From an uncultured Candidatus Binatia bacterium (GTDB lineage Bacteria; Desulfobacterota; Binatia; UBA9968; JAJDTQ01), in the NCBI GenBank assembly GCA_965242525.1, contig OZ251459.1, forward strand, positions 3,104,001 through 3,168,000: a DNA stretch of 64,000 nt, written 5' to 3'. Under the pieces are notes generated by a model that was given only the letters and a program-made list of their open reading frames with translations, was not told where the DNA came from and did no database searches. This document shows positions 19,563 through 30,202 of this stretch, one piece after another; the stretch's first letter is position 1, and each line of letters begins with the position of its first letter. The position numbers were made by a program, and so were the translations under genes.

Positions 19563-22217
19563 TCATCGGGTCCGCGGCGCGCCCTGGCCCGCGGGCGCCC
19601 CGAACCTCCGGACGAAGACCTCGCACAGGAACAGCAGCGCCGCGGCCATCATCGTATAGGCGCGCAGCGGCTCGGTGGAGACCACGCGCCGTCCCGCGGG
19701 CCCCTGCGCCCGGCCTTCCGGGTCGAAGTTGACCTCGCCTCCGGTGGCGTCGGCCAGGGACGCCAGGAGCTCCCGGTTGAAACGCTCCCTGGGCGCTTCC
19801 GCGGCCGGGGCGCGGGCAAGCGTGTAGCCCAGGGGAGGGTAGCGGACGGCCCCGCCGGACCGTTCCTCGGTGACCTCGATACGGTACGCTCCCGGCCCCG
19901 CCGCGGGGAACTCCGCCCGGTGGCGGCCGGGGGCCAGGCGCCGCATGACGCCGGAGCCGTCCGCGCCCGGTCCCTCGAAAGCGAACCTCAAGGCGCCATC
20001 CCGGACCTCGTGCCAGACATGGAAATCCACCGCGATGCCGCGGCCCGAGGGGTTGATCCGGACCTCGTGCGCCGGCGCCGGGTCCGGCCTCGGGGCGAGC
20101 CAGTCGAGCATCCGGGACCAGAAGGCGTCCACCCCGTCCCACCGGAGCCACGCCCGGGTCCAGCCGCCGTGGAAGTCCGCCATGAACGCCGCGGCCCTTC
20201 CCTTGCCGTAGCGCCAGGAGGCCACCAGCGGACCCTCGCCGCGGCCCGGGTCGCCGCCCGCGGAAACGTCCGTCACCGCGCCGGGCTTGGTGGGCGCGCG
20301 CACCAAGCCCGTGAGCATCGGGAACGAGCGCTCGGGGAAGTCCTCGAAGATCCGCGTCTGCGCGGTCAGGACCGGCCGGTAGCTCGGCTGGTCGGGGCCC
20401 GGATCGTCGGGTTTGGGGCGGGTCGGTTTCTCCTTCAACTCGCTCAGCACGATCCGCGGCAGCGACGACGCGTCGTAGGTGTGGTGGAAGGCGCCGCCGC
20501 CGCGCCGGGCCACGCGCCGGAGCAGGGCGGTATTGGCCTTGTCCCCGATGGCCACCGCGGAGACCGTGGCCTTGAGGTCCCTTCTCATGGCCGCCACCGC
20601 TTCGAGGGTGTCCCCGTCGCTGCCGCCGGTCTCGCCGTCGCTCAGGACCACCACGTGCTTGCGGTTGGCCGTGCTGCGTCCGAGCATCTCCCCGGTCAGG
20701 AGCAGCGCCGGGTGGAGACGGGTCTTGCCCCCCGGCTTGAGCCTGTCCACCCGGGCCGCAAGCGCGGGACCGAGGGTCTCGACGCGCTCCAACGGCGACA
20801 CCTCGAACGGCGACGCGTCGAACCCCACCACCCCCAACTCGTCCTGTGCATGCAGGGCCTTCTCCACCTCCTTCGCCGCCTTCCTGGCGTGGACCAGCCG
20901 ATGGTCCAGGCGCATGCTGCCGGACTTGTCGATGACGAGCACCACGGCCCGGGTCTCCCGCGGTTTCCGCGGCCGCTCCCGGAGCTCCACAGGGAGGACT
21001 TCCGCGAGGGCGGAGCCGCGATAGCCGCCGGGCGTGAAACTGCCGCCCGCGCCCAGCATGAGGAACGCGCCTCCGTCCGCGGCATGACGCCGGACCGCTT
21101 CCGGGTAGCCTTCCGGCAGGCGCCCGCGGGGGACGTCGTTGAATATGACTGCGGCGAAGTCCTGCGGCGCCGGCAGCGGCCCGGCGGGACCCACCGACGC
21201 CAAATCGAACCCCTGCCGCTCCATCACCGATTCCAGGTAGCGCCCCTGTTCCTTCCGACCGTTCACCAGGAGCACCCGCGCCCCGGCCTCGACGCTGATC
21301 CAGGCCACCGCCCGGTTGTCGTGGTCGAAACGGTCCAGCCCCGCGGTCTCCGGCGCGAACTCCACCGCGAAAGGCGTGAGCCCGTCCCGGACCAGTGACG
21401 CCTCCAGGTCGTGGAGCCGGTAACCGGGCGCCGCGGTCGCCTCCACCTCGCGCAGGCGCCGCCCCCCTCGGGTCAGGACGAGCCGGCCCGCCACCGGCCG
21501 GTCGTTCGCGTTGTGGAGCATGACCCGGAGCCGGACCGTTTCGCCCTTCCGGCCGGCATGGGGCGCGAGGACCCTCTCCACCGAGACGTTGGCCGCCGCG
21601 GTCCCTCCCGCGGGGATCATGGGGTGCACCGTCAGCCCCGCCGCGGCCAGCCGTCCGCGCTGCCCTTCCACGCGCCCCCGGGTCTCCCAACCGTCGGTGA
21701 AGAGATGGACCGGCCCGGTCACGGACGGGTCCGCGAGCAGCGCGGCGAACAACTGCGAAAGGTCGGTCTCACCGGTCACGAGACCGTCCGTGGGCTCTTC
21801 CCCCCGCAGCCACCCGGACCAGTCCTCGACCTCTCTGGCGGCGCCGGCGAACACGAAGAACCGGTCCTTTCCCGAACCGGTGACCCGACCCCGGGCCGCT
21901 CGTTCCATCCACGCGCGCACGGACGGTTGCACGCTGTCCGAGAGGTCGAAGGCGAACACGACGCCCTCCGGCTCATCTTCCCGGTAATCCTCGGTGACTT
22001 TCTGCGGCTGGGCGAGACTGGCGGCCAGCAGCACGACCACCATGGTCCGCAGCGCCACCGCAACACGGGAGCCCCGACGCCAGCGCCGCCAGAAGAACGG
22101 CGCCACCGCGGTCAGCCACAACCATTCGGGCGCGACGAACCCGACCCCGGAAAAGAGCGGCGCCGCCTGATTCCAGAGGAAACCCTGGACTCCATCAAAT
22201 CCTCTGCCGAACTCCAT
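19563..22217 (-). CDS. Membrane VWA-domain protein (two VWA domains plus a glutamine-amidotransferase-like domain)
   Basis: DLSDS..FTDGWET and IDKSGSM..LSDGET MIDAS motifs; N- and C-terminal TM segments; MoxR operon. Confidence 0.8.
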   Translation of the reverse strand: MEFGRGFDGVQGFLWNQAAPLFSGVGFVAPEWLWLTAVAPFFWRRWRRGSRVAVALRTMVVVLLAASLAQPQKVTEDYREDEPEGVVFAFDLSDSVQPSVRAWMERAARGRVTGSGKDRFFVFAGAAREVEDWSGWLRGEEPTDGLVTGETDLSQLFAALLADPSVTGPVHLFTDGWETRGRVEGQRGRLAAAGLTVHPMIPAGGTAAANVSVERVLAPHAGRKGETVRLRVMLHNANDRPVAGRLVLTRGGRRLREVEATAAPGYRLHDLEASLVRDGLTPFAVEFAPETAGLDRFDHDNRAVAWISVEAGARVLLVNGRKEQGRYLESVMERQGFDLASVGPAGPLPAPQDFAAVIFNDVPRGRLPEGYPEAVRRHAADGGAFLMLGAGGSFTPGGYRGSALAEVLPVELRERPRKPRETRAVVLVIDKSGSMRLDHRLVHARKAAKEVEKALHAQDELGVVGFDASPFEVSPLERVETLGPALAARVDRLKPGGKTRLHPALLLTGEMLGRSTANRKHVVVLSDGETGGSDGDTLEAVAAMRRDLKATVSAVAIGDKANTALLRRVARRGGGAFHHTYDASSLPRIVLSELKEKPTRPKPDDPGPDQPSYRPVLTAQTRIFEDFPERSFPMLTGLVRAPTKPGAVTDVSAGGDPGRGEGPLVASWRYGKGRAAAFMADFHGGWTRAWLRWDGVDAFWSRMLDWLAPRPDPAPAHEVRINPSGRGIAVDFHVWHEVRDGALRFAFEGPGADGSGVMRRLAPGRHRAEFPAAGPGAYRIEVTEERSGGAVRYPPLGYTLARAPAAEAPRERFNRELLASLADATGGEVNFDPEGRAQGPAGRRVVSTEPLRAYTMMAAALLFLCEVFVRRFGAPAGQGAPRTR

Positions 22218-22264
22218 TCCTATCCAAAAACTCCCGGAATCCCGCTTATGCAGAGGTCTCTATC

Positions 22265-22463
22265 GGAACCTCTGAACAATCGGGACAGGGGGCATGAGCG
22301 CGTCCTTCGACTTCGCTTCGCTACGCTCAGGACGAACGGATATAAGGGTCAGGGTGAAGGAATCCATCCCGGATGTCTCGATTGTTCAGATGTTCCCATA
22401 AGGAACTCCGAACAATTACCCCCGTTCGTCCTGAGCGTAGCGTAGCGAAGTCGAAGGACGCGC
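22265..22463. mobile_element. MITE-like element (22265-22396) carrying REP family A, plus an adjacent partial element
   Basis: Ends GGAACCTCTGAACAATC ... GATTGTTCAGATGTTCC; an inverted homologue of 54323-54463. Confidence 0.7.
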
Positions 22464-24386
22464 TTCGGACGGCCGGTCATTCACCGGGCTGCCTTCACGC
22501 GGACCTCGGCGCGGCGCGAGACCGGCCCCGCGCCCGCGAGCGCCCCTCGGCCCGGGCCATCCATCGAGCAGCCGCTCCAGCAGCAGCAACAGGAAAGCCG
22601 CCAGCGCTCCGTAGCGCCAGAGCCTCCGGTAACCTTGCCCTTCCTCGACGTCGGATGCCGCAGCCTTCGCCCCTTCGAGCGCCAGGGGCCGGGTATGCAG
22701 CAGGTCCGCTTCCTCGCGCCCCTCGAAGTTCACGCCCACCAGCCGCCTGCGGCTCCCTTGCCCGATTGCGTAGATTCCCTGGAACAGCACCGGCGCGGCG
22801 GCGGTCGAGGCGCCGGCGGGCAGGGAGCGGTTTTTGCCATCCGGAACGGCGTCCTCGAGGTTGCGCGAGGCTCCGGCGGGCGGGCTGCTGCGCTTTTCCG
22901 GCGCGTGCAGCGGCCCCGCGGCCAAGCCCAGGACGTCGCCGGTGGAGGCGTTCATCCCGGTGACTCCCTCCCGCAGCCAGCCCAGGAGGTTCAACGTCAG
23001 GATGGACATGGGCAGGTTCCGGCGCCCCATGAACGGGAGCGGGTCGAAGCCGAGCACCGCATAGCGAAACCCGCCGCGCTCGAAGGCCGCGGCCAGTGTC
23101 CCCGCGGGACTCTCGATGACCGGCGCGCCGCCCCCCGGTTCCAGGGGCCGCCCGTACTGCGGTCGCAGGAGCGCCAAGTTGACGTACCGGGTCCAGGCGT
23201 GGGGTTCCTTCCAACCGGACACGGACGGGGCCGCCACCGGCTCTCGAAGGGACGCCAGGGGGTTGCCCTCCGGCGGCAGGATGAAGAGGGCGTGGGCCGC
23301 GGGCAGGGCCGCGGGCGAAGAGAGATGGAATACCTCGACGGACCCGGGCGCGCCGGGGCCGCGTCCGTAGGCGTCCGGCTCGACCACCTCCAGGTCCAGC
23401 CCGGGGACCTGCCGCAGGGTCGCCAGCGCATCGGGGCGCGACGACACCCCCAGAACCCGAAGCCGGCCGGTCCCAGGCGGAACCGCGAACCGGCGGTCGT
23501 CCAGGGCCAGGGCGTCGCCGCCCCGGTCCATGTCGAGCCGGGCTTCGTAATACCGCGCCTCCCGCACCTCCTCGAACACCACCGCGGCCTTCCCGCCCGC
23601 GGGTGCTCGCACTTGCTTCCGGGCGAGCGGACGGGAGCCGCCCGTCAACACCACGGCGACGCTGCGCGGACGCGCGCCGTAGTTGGTCACCTCGACCCGG
23701 GCCGAGAGGACGCCGGACCCCAGGGAGCGCCGGTACAGGTCGAGGGACGTGACCCCGAGGTTGTCCGCGGGTCGGCCCACGGAAACCGCGTGGACCACGG
23801 GGTCGCTTCCCCGTATGGGCCGGTCCGTGACGAAGTACACGCGCCGGTAACCCTTGGCGGCTGCGAGTCGCCGGAGTCTCGGGACGTCGTCCCGTCCCCC
23901 GTCCCCCAGGTCATAAGGGACCATCCCTTCCAGCCGCTCCCGCGCTTGGTCCGCGGAGAGGTCCGACCCGACTGCGCGGCCCCAGGGGACCGCGGCGTAG
24001 AGGTCCACCCGGGTTCCCGCGGGCAGCCCCGCCAGGATCTTTCGGGCTTCCGCTTGGGCGAGGGCGAAGCGGCTTCGCCCCTGCTCGACGGCCTGCATGC
24101 TCGCCGAGTTGTCCAGCACCATGCCCACGGGGCCGCTCGACTGAACGGGAACCACGGGGTCGGCCGACGAAGCGGCCAGCAACGCGAGCATGCACGCCTG
24201 GAGCAGGAACAGGAGGGGCGCCCTCAGCCTGCGCCGGGAAACCCGCTCCGGAGCGTCCGCGCAGGCGCGCAGGACCGACAGGCTCGAGAACATATGGCGT
24301 CTCGGTCTGCGCCCCACGAGGTACGGGACCGCAAGCAGCGGCACGAGGCCCAAAGCGTACAGGGCCGCGGGGTTCAGGAACTCCAT
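22416..24386 (-). CDS. BatA-N/VWA-domain protein
   Basis: MEFLNP..YL..FSSL aerotolerance-type N-terminus, LDNSASM MIDAS motif, FVTD; the 3-prime end reads into a REP copy. Confidence 0.8.
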   Translation of the reverse strand: MEFLNPAALYALGLVPLLAVPYLVGRRPRRHMFSSLSVLRACADAPERVSRRRLRAPLLFLLQACMLALLAASSADPVVPVQSSGPVGMVLDNSASMQAVEQGRSRFALAQAEARKILAGLPAGTRVDLYAAVPWGRAVGSDLSADQARERLEGMVPYDLGDGGRDDVPRLRRLAAAKGYRRVYFVTDRPIRGSDPVVHAVSVGRPADNLGVTSLDLYRRSLGSGVLSARVEVTNYGARPRSVAVVLTGGSRPLARKQVRAPAGGKAAVVFEEVREARYYEARLDMDRGGDALALDDRRFAVPPGTGRLRVLGVSSRPDALATLRQVPGLDLEVVEPDAYGRGPGAPGSVEVFHLSSPAALPAAHALFILPPEGNPLASLREPVAAPSVSGWKEPHAWTRYVNLALLRPQYGRPLEPGGGAPVIESPAGTLAAAFERGGFRYAVLGFDPLPFMGRRNLPMSILTLNLLGWLREGVTGMNASTGDVLGLAAGPLHAPEKRSSPPAGASRNLEDAVPDGKNRSLPAGASTAAAPVLFQGIYAIGQGSRRRLVGVNFEGREEADLLHTRPLALEGAKAAASDVEEGQGYRRLWRYGALAAFLLLLLERLLDGWPGPRGARGRGAGLAPRRGPREGSPVNDRPSEARPSTSLRYAQDERG

Positions 24387-24452
24387 GACTGCTCGAAGAC
24401 TACATCGCCCCGGAACCGGGGACGATGGTGGGCCTGGTTCAGGAACTCCATG

Positions 24453-25361
24453 CTACTCGAAGACGCCCATGGCCGTCAGGACTCCGATGATGTCGTCGGT
24501 CGTGTTCCGTTCGGCCACGTAGAGCGCCGCGTCGATGCCCCGGCCGCGGCAAGCGTCCGCCAGCTCCCTGATGCGTTGGTCCAACGCTTCCCGATACCGG
24601 CGGCGCGCGCCCTCGTTCCATTGGAGGGGCATCTCCTCCCCGGTCTCGCTGTCCTGCACCACGAGCGCGCCTTCGGCAAAGGGCGGGTCCATCTCCGCGG
24701 CGCCCAGGACCTGGAGCGCGGCCACGTCGAACCCGGCCGCCCGGAGCATCCCGAAGCCCCGTTGGCAGTCCTCCGGGTCCATCAGGAAGTCGGAGACGAC
24801 CACCGCCTTGCCGGGACGGTCGATGCTCCGAAGATGGCGTCCGATGGCCGCGGGCAGGTTCAACGGGCCCTCGGGTGCGAACCCGTTGACGAAGGCGAGC
24901 GCGTCCATGATGCTGCGGCGGCCGCGGAACAGGGGCGACGCGAGCGCACGGGCGGCGTCCTGCAGGAAGTGGAAGCGGACGCCGTCGCCGTTGGCCAGGA
25001 CCGCGTAGGCCAGGGCCAGGGCCACGTGGCGCGCCGGGGTGAACTTCTCCGCCTGCGAGGGGAACCGCATGGAGCCGCTGGCGTCCACGAAGAGGTGTAC
25101 GGAGAGGTCCGCCTCCTCGTGGAACACCTTGACGTAGAGCCGGTCGGTGCGCGCCAGCAGGCCCCAGTCGAGATACCGGAGGTCGTCCCCCGGCGCGTAC
25201 TTCCGGTAATCGGCAAACTCCAGGCCCGCGCCCCGGCGCGCCCCGGTATGCCGCCCCGGCCGATGACCCGGCATCCGCCTGCGCGCCGCCCGCAGCCTCA
25301 TGCCTTCGAGACGGGCGAGCAGTTCGGGAGTGAAAGGGGCCGGCAGCATCTCCGGTTGCAC
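24453..25361 (-). CDS. DUF58-family protein
   Basis: EFADYRKYAPGDDLRYLDW, LYVKVFHEE, VDASGSM, VSDF. Confidence 0.9.
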   Translation of the reverse strand: MQPEMLPAPFTPELLARLEGMRLRAARRRMPGHRPGRHTGARRGAGLEFADYRKYAPGDDLRYLDWGLLARTDRLYVKVFHEEADLSVHLFVDASGSMRFPSQAEKFTPARHVALALAYAVLANGDGVRFHFLQDAARALASPLFRGRRSIMDALAFVNGFAPEGPLNLPAAIGRHLRSIDRPGKAVVVSDFLMDPEDCQRGFGMLRAAGFDVAALQVLGAAEMDPPFAEGALVVQDSETGEEMPLQWNEGARRRYREALDQRIRELADACRGRGIDAALYVAERNTTDDIIGVLTAMGVFE

Positions 25362-25422
25362 AGGGTATCACGGGACAGGCCCCGCGGAAGCGGTGACCGG
25401 CTCGTATCCCTTCATTTCCAGT

Positions 25423-26406
<984 letters not shown>

Positions 26407-26409
26407 GCG

Positions 26410-27681
26410 TCACTCGATCAGGTCCCTGTATTCCAACGGCAGCCGCTGTATCTCCGCCGCCAGCCCGGGAGGCCGCCGGGGCGGCAGCGGCGCGTTGGCG
26501 AACGGGACCGCCGCGTCCCCGCCCGAACCCGGCGCAACGCCCCGGGGGGCGCCTACGGCCGGCGCTCTCGGCAGCATGACCGTGACGAAACGCGCTCCTT
26601 CCGGCCCGTCCTCGCCGCCCCTGCCGGGCGGATGGAACCGGTCCGGCTGCCTTCCCTGCGCGCCGCCCCGGCCTGCCGAGACGCTGCCGCCGCCCCCTGG
26701 GCCGCCCGCTCCCTTCGCGGTCGGCTCCCGTGCCCGCGAAGGCGGCTCCGTCCCGGCCCCCCGGCCCGGGCCGCGCACGCCGGAAACCCGCGGACCCGGC
26801 GAACCTCCCGTGCCGCGGACTCCGTGTCCCCGTTCGCCGCCCTTTCCGGGCGTGTGAGCCGCGGCGCCGGGGCCGCCTGCCTGCCCGGACGCTACGGCCG
26901 CGGCGCTTGAGCCGCCTGCTTGCCCAGACGCCACGGCCGCGGCGCCCCGTACACCCGCGGGAACCTGCCCTTGCGCCCCTTGGCCTTCACCGCCGCCCCC
27001 GCGCACCAGACCGCTCGCCTGCCCGTCAACCGTACCCTCGCCGAACCCGCCTTCCACTCTACGCCACAGGCCAAGCGCGCCGGCCTTCACGCTCCAGGCG
27101 AGACCCTGCAACCGGAACTGTGCCGAACCCTCCTCCGCGGCGGCGGTGGAGTCGGGCGTGGACCGCACCGGACCTCCCAGCGACAGGTGGACCAGCACCG
27201 CCAATGCGCCGCAGGCCAACAACGAACCCATGACGCCGCGCCGCGCCCGGTAGGGGAAGTCCCTGCCCGGCTCGACGCCGCGGCTCAGAGCCGAAACCTG
27301 TTCCCGCAACCGGGTGACGAAAGCGGGATGCGCCCCCGCCCGGTCCAGGGTCGTCCAGGTGAGGAAACGGTCTTCGGCCCCCATGCGCTCGTCGAGCAGG
27401 CGGGCCGCCTCATGGGAAGACGGCCGCGCGAGACCGGGGTGGAGCAACGCCGCCAGGGCTGCGGCGCCGACCCCGGCCAGGACGAACACCACCGGCGCAG
27501 GCCCGGCAAGCTCCCGGGCAACGAGCGCGGCGCACACGTAGGCGACCACGCCCACGGGCGGAAGCACCGCCAGGAGACGGTCCCATACCCGGTGACGGCG
27601 CAGACGCCGACGCAGCCGTTGGACCATCCGTTCCGGTGACGACGCCGTGTCCCGTGGAGGGAGCCTGCCCATGTGGGTCAC
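26410..27681 (-). CDS. Membrane protein with Gly-rich tail, first gene of the MoxR operon
   Basis: TM segments, [13 protein letters not shown], Gly-rich linker with a duplicated [12 protein letters not shown]-terminal LPLEYRDLI. Confidence 0.65.
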   Translation of the reverse strand: MTHMGRLPPRDTASSPERMVQRLRRRLRRHRVWDRLLAVLPPVGVVAYVCAALVARELAGPAPVVFVLAGVGAAALAALLHPGLARPSSHEAARLLDERMGAEDRFLTWTTLDRAGAHPAFVTRLREQVSALSRGVEPGRDFPYRARRGVMGSLLACGALAVLVHLSLGGPVRSTPDSTAAAEEGSAQFRLQGLAWSVKAGALGLWRRVEGGFGEGTVDGQASGLVRGGGGEGQGAQGQVPAGVRGAAAVASGQAGGSSAAAVASGQAGGPGAAAHTPGKGGERGHGVRGTGGSPGPRVSGVRGPGRGAGTEPPSRAREPTAKGAGGPGGGGSVSAGRGGAQGRQPDRFHPPGRGGEDGPEGARFVTVMLPRAPAVGAPRGVAPGSGGDAAVPFANAPLPPRRPPGLAAEIQRLPLEYRDLIE

Positions 27682-28041
27682 TATAACAGCAGGCGTGCAG
27701 CGTCAGGAAGCATCTCAGATCCACCACCAACGATGAGTGGCTGGTGTAGGCGAGAGTTGGCGACACAAGCGGCTGAAGGCAGCCCGTCTGTCCCCAGCAG
27801 GCTACCCAATCCTGCCTCACCACACCCTGCAACACACCCGCTTTACCCGGATGGACTCCGCCCGCCCTGTCCCAAACTTTGTTGACGAACCCATGGGATC
27901 CTGATAGTTGCTCTCCGTCAACGGTCACCGTTGTCCGGTCAACGGACGCATAAGGTTGAAAATCTCCATATACGACAAGGAGTTACACGGAGAAAGGGGT
28001 GGTGTCGATTTGAACGCGGATTGCCGTTCCGGGTATGTTTC

Positions 28042-28113
28042 GAGGAGACCCTTCTACAGGTCCTGTCCGTCTCCGCTTTCGAGAAAATCCAACTGAATCA
28101 ATTGGTTACAGAA
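28042..28113 (+). pseudogene. Possible IS4-family transposase C-terminal remnant
   Basis: Translates to LLQVLSVSAFEKIQLNQLV, resembling the ILQILSxTLFEKxPxxQ tail I recall from IS4-family transposases. Confidence 0.4.
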
Positions 28114-28122
28114 ACAACACCC

Positions 28123-28176
28123 CTTCAAAACTCCCGATTCCGTCGTATTGCCACCCGCTATGAGAAACTGTATCAT
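28123..28176 (+). pseudogene. IS5-family transposase C-terminal remnant
   Basis: FRRIATRYEKL, the characteristic RRxATRY(D/E)K motif. Confidence 0.6.
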
Positions 28177-28258
28177 AGACAAGTTGCCTTGTGTTCCGAT
28201 TTCGCTCACGGCCACGGTTCGGGTTGCGTGAATTGCAAAAGGGGCATCGGAGGCGGCA

Positions 28259-30202
28259 ATGGCACGTCCATATGCGGGAGAGATGGCAAGGCTGGCCGAA
28301 ACGTTCGATTGGGCAGCAACGGCCGACCTTAAGCCTCTATGTCAAGCTCTCCGCACCAGCGGACTTTCACCGCTTCGCGCCATTGGCTCCGGCGGTTCCC
28401 TAACCGGCGCCCATGCGCTGGCCAGTCTACACCAACGCTACACCGGCCAGATCGCCGCGGTCGCCACGCCCTTGGAAGCGGTCGGTGTTCCGCTCACCTC
28501 CACCGTCGCTACTTGGCTGCTAAGCGCCGGTGGCGGCAACGCCGACATCCTGACAGCGGCAAAGGCGTTGATCCTTCGCGAGCCGCGTCAGATCGGTGTC
28601 CTTTGCGGTCGAGAGACTAGCCCACTGGCCGAACTGTGCCGTCAGCACCCGTTTGTCGATCTGCTGCTCTACCCCCCGCTCGCTGGCAAGGATGGCTTCC
28701 TCGCTACCAACTCGCTCCTCGGTTTTGTTGCCCTTCTTACGCGAGCCTACGCGGCTGAGTTCGATTCAAATGCCGATTGGCAAGACGCGGTCGCCTGCCT
28801 GAATCCACTGCTCTCGGATACCGCTGCTTCTTTGGAGACGTGGAAGGCGGCCACGATGCCGCTCTGGACACGGTCCACCACGCTCGTTCTTCATGGCCCC
28901 TCCACGCGGATCGGGGCGATCGATCTGGAGTCGAAGTTCACGGAAGCCGCGATCGGACAAGTTCAGATCACCGACTACCGCAATTTCGCCCACGGCCGGC
29001 ATCACTGGCTCGCCAAGCGAAGCGAGACGAGCGCCGTGCTCGCCTTCGTCACCGACGCGGACCGCGCGCTCGCCGAGCTAACCCTCGACCTGATCCCAGC
29101 CGACGTTCCACAAGCGCGTGTCGTGTTCAATGGCGGACCGAGCGCAGTAGCACTTGCTTCACTGCTCGCGGCACTGAGGATCACAGGATGGGCCGGGCAC
29201 ATCAATGGTATCGACCCTGGACGCCCTGGTGTCCCCGAGTTTGGGCGCAGGCTCTACAACCTACGAATCCCACGCCCCCGACGCGCTGCAGGGCGGCCGC
29301 GCCTCACACCGCGAGAGGCGGCCGCAATCGCCCGGAAAGCGGAGGTCGCCCCGGACAGCCTCGCCACCTTGAGCGAACTCGGCCGCTGGCGCGATATGCT
29401 CGCGGCTTTTCTCAACCGTTTGCGCGATGCTTGTTTTGCCGGCGTCGTTCTCGACTATGATGGCACGCTGGTCGACACCCGACATCGGTTCGAGCCAGCA
29501 AATCAGAAAGTGGTCTCCGAACTTGCCCGCCTCGCCGGAGCGGGTGCTTACATCGGGATTGCAACCGGTCGAGGCAAATCGGTTCGATGCTACCTTCAGA
29601 AACACCTCCCTCGCGCGCTCTGGCATCTCGTTCTTGTTGGCTACTACAACGGCGCGGAGGTCGCACTGCTCGAAGACGACGGCGCTCCGGATGGATCCCA
29701 GAATGTCGGAGCCGCCCTTCGCCCACTCGCTGATGCCTTGCGCCGTCAGCCGGATCTCTCCCAATGCACGCGCCAGGAAGATCGCCCCTTCCAGATCACT
29801 CTTGAGGCCACCCGTGTCATACCCGTGAGGCGGATTTGGGATCTCACCCGCCAAGTCACCCTTACGACCGGTGTCCATGACGTTACTGTCACGCACTCTA
29901 GCCATTCGGTTGACGTCATGGCGGCCGGGGTGTCCAAGTTGAACGTCGTTCGGCGGCTACGTGAGAAGGTCGGCGACGAGCCTATCCTCACAATCGGTGA
30001 CTGCGGACGTTGGCCAGGAAACGACTATGAGCTGCTCAGCGAACCCTTTGCACTCGGGGTCGACGAGATCAGCGCCGATCCTGTGACCTGCTGGCATCTC
30101 GGCAAGCCAGGCCAACGTGGTCCGACGGTCACTCTTGAGTATATCTCTGCACTGGAAGCGCAAGGTGGTCGGTTGAGATTCTTGGCGGGGTCGTTGCAAT
30201 GA
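28259..30202 (+). CDS. Double-SIS (GlmS/FrlB-like) domain fused to a HAD-IIB phosphatase
   Basis: AIGSGGS, LLSAGG, GFLATNS, LESKFTE..NFAHGRH (SIS); LDYDGTL, ATGR, SK, IGD..GNDYE (HAD motifs I-IV); GGAGG RBS. Confidence 0.8.
   Translation: MARPYAGEMARLAETFDWAATADLKPLCQALRTSGLSPLRAIGSGGSLTGAHALASLHQRYTGQIAAVATPLEAVGVPLTSTVATWLLSAGGGNADILTAAKALILREPRQIGVLCGRETSPLAELCRQHPFVDLLLYPPLAGKDGFLATNSLLGFVALLTRAYAAEFDSNADWQDAVACLNPLLSDTAASLETWKAATMPLWTRSTTLVLHGPSTRIGAIDLESKFTEAAIGQVQITDYRNFAHGRHHWLAKRSETSAVLAFVTDADRALAELTLDLIPADVPQARVVFNGGPSAVALASLLAALRITGWAGHINGIDPGRPGVPEFGRRLYNLRIPRPRRAAGRPRLTPREAAAIARKAEVAPDSLATLSELGRWRDMLAAFLNRLRDACFAGVVLDYDGTLVDTRHRFEPANQKVVSELARLAGAGAYIGIATGRGKSVRCYLQKHLPRALWHLVLVGYYNGAEVALLEDDGAPDGSQNVGAALRPLADALRRQPDLSQCTRQEDRPFQITLEATRVIPVRRIWDLTRQVTLTTGVHDVTVTHSSHSVDVMAAGVSKLNVVRRLREKVGDEPILTIGDCGRWPGNDYELLSEPFALGVDEISADPVTCWHLGKPGQRGPTVTLEYISALEAQGGRLRFLAGSLQ

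Noticed and set aside
18646-21690. 1014-aa Arg/Gly/Pro-rich ORF (also 45715-49299, 39336-41927)
   Set aside because: Alternative frames overlapping real genes; composition typical of off-frame GC-rich sequence
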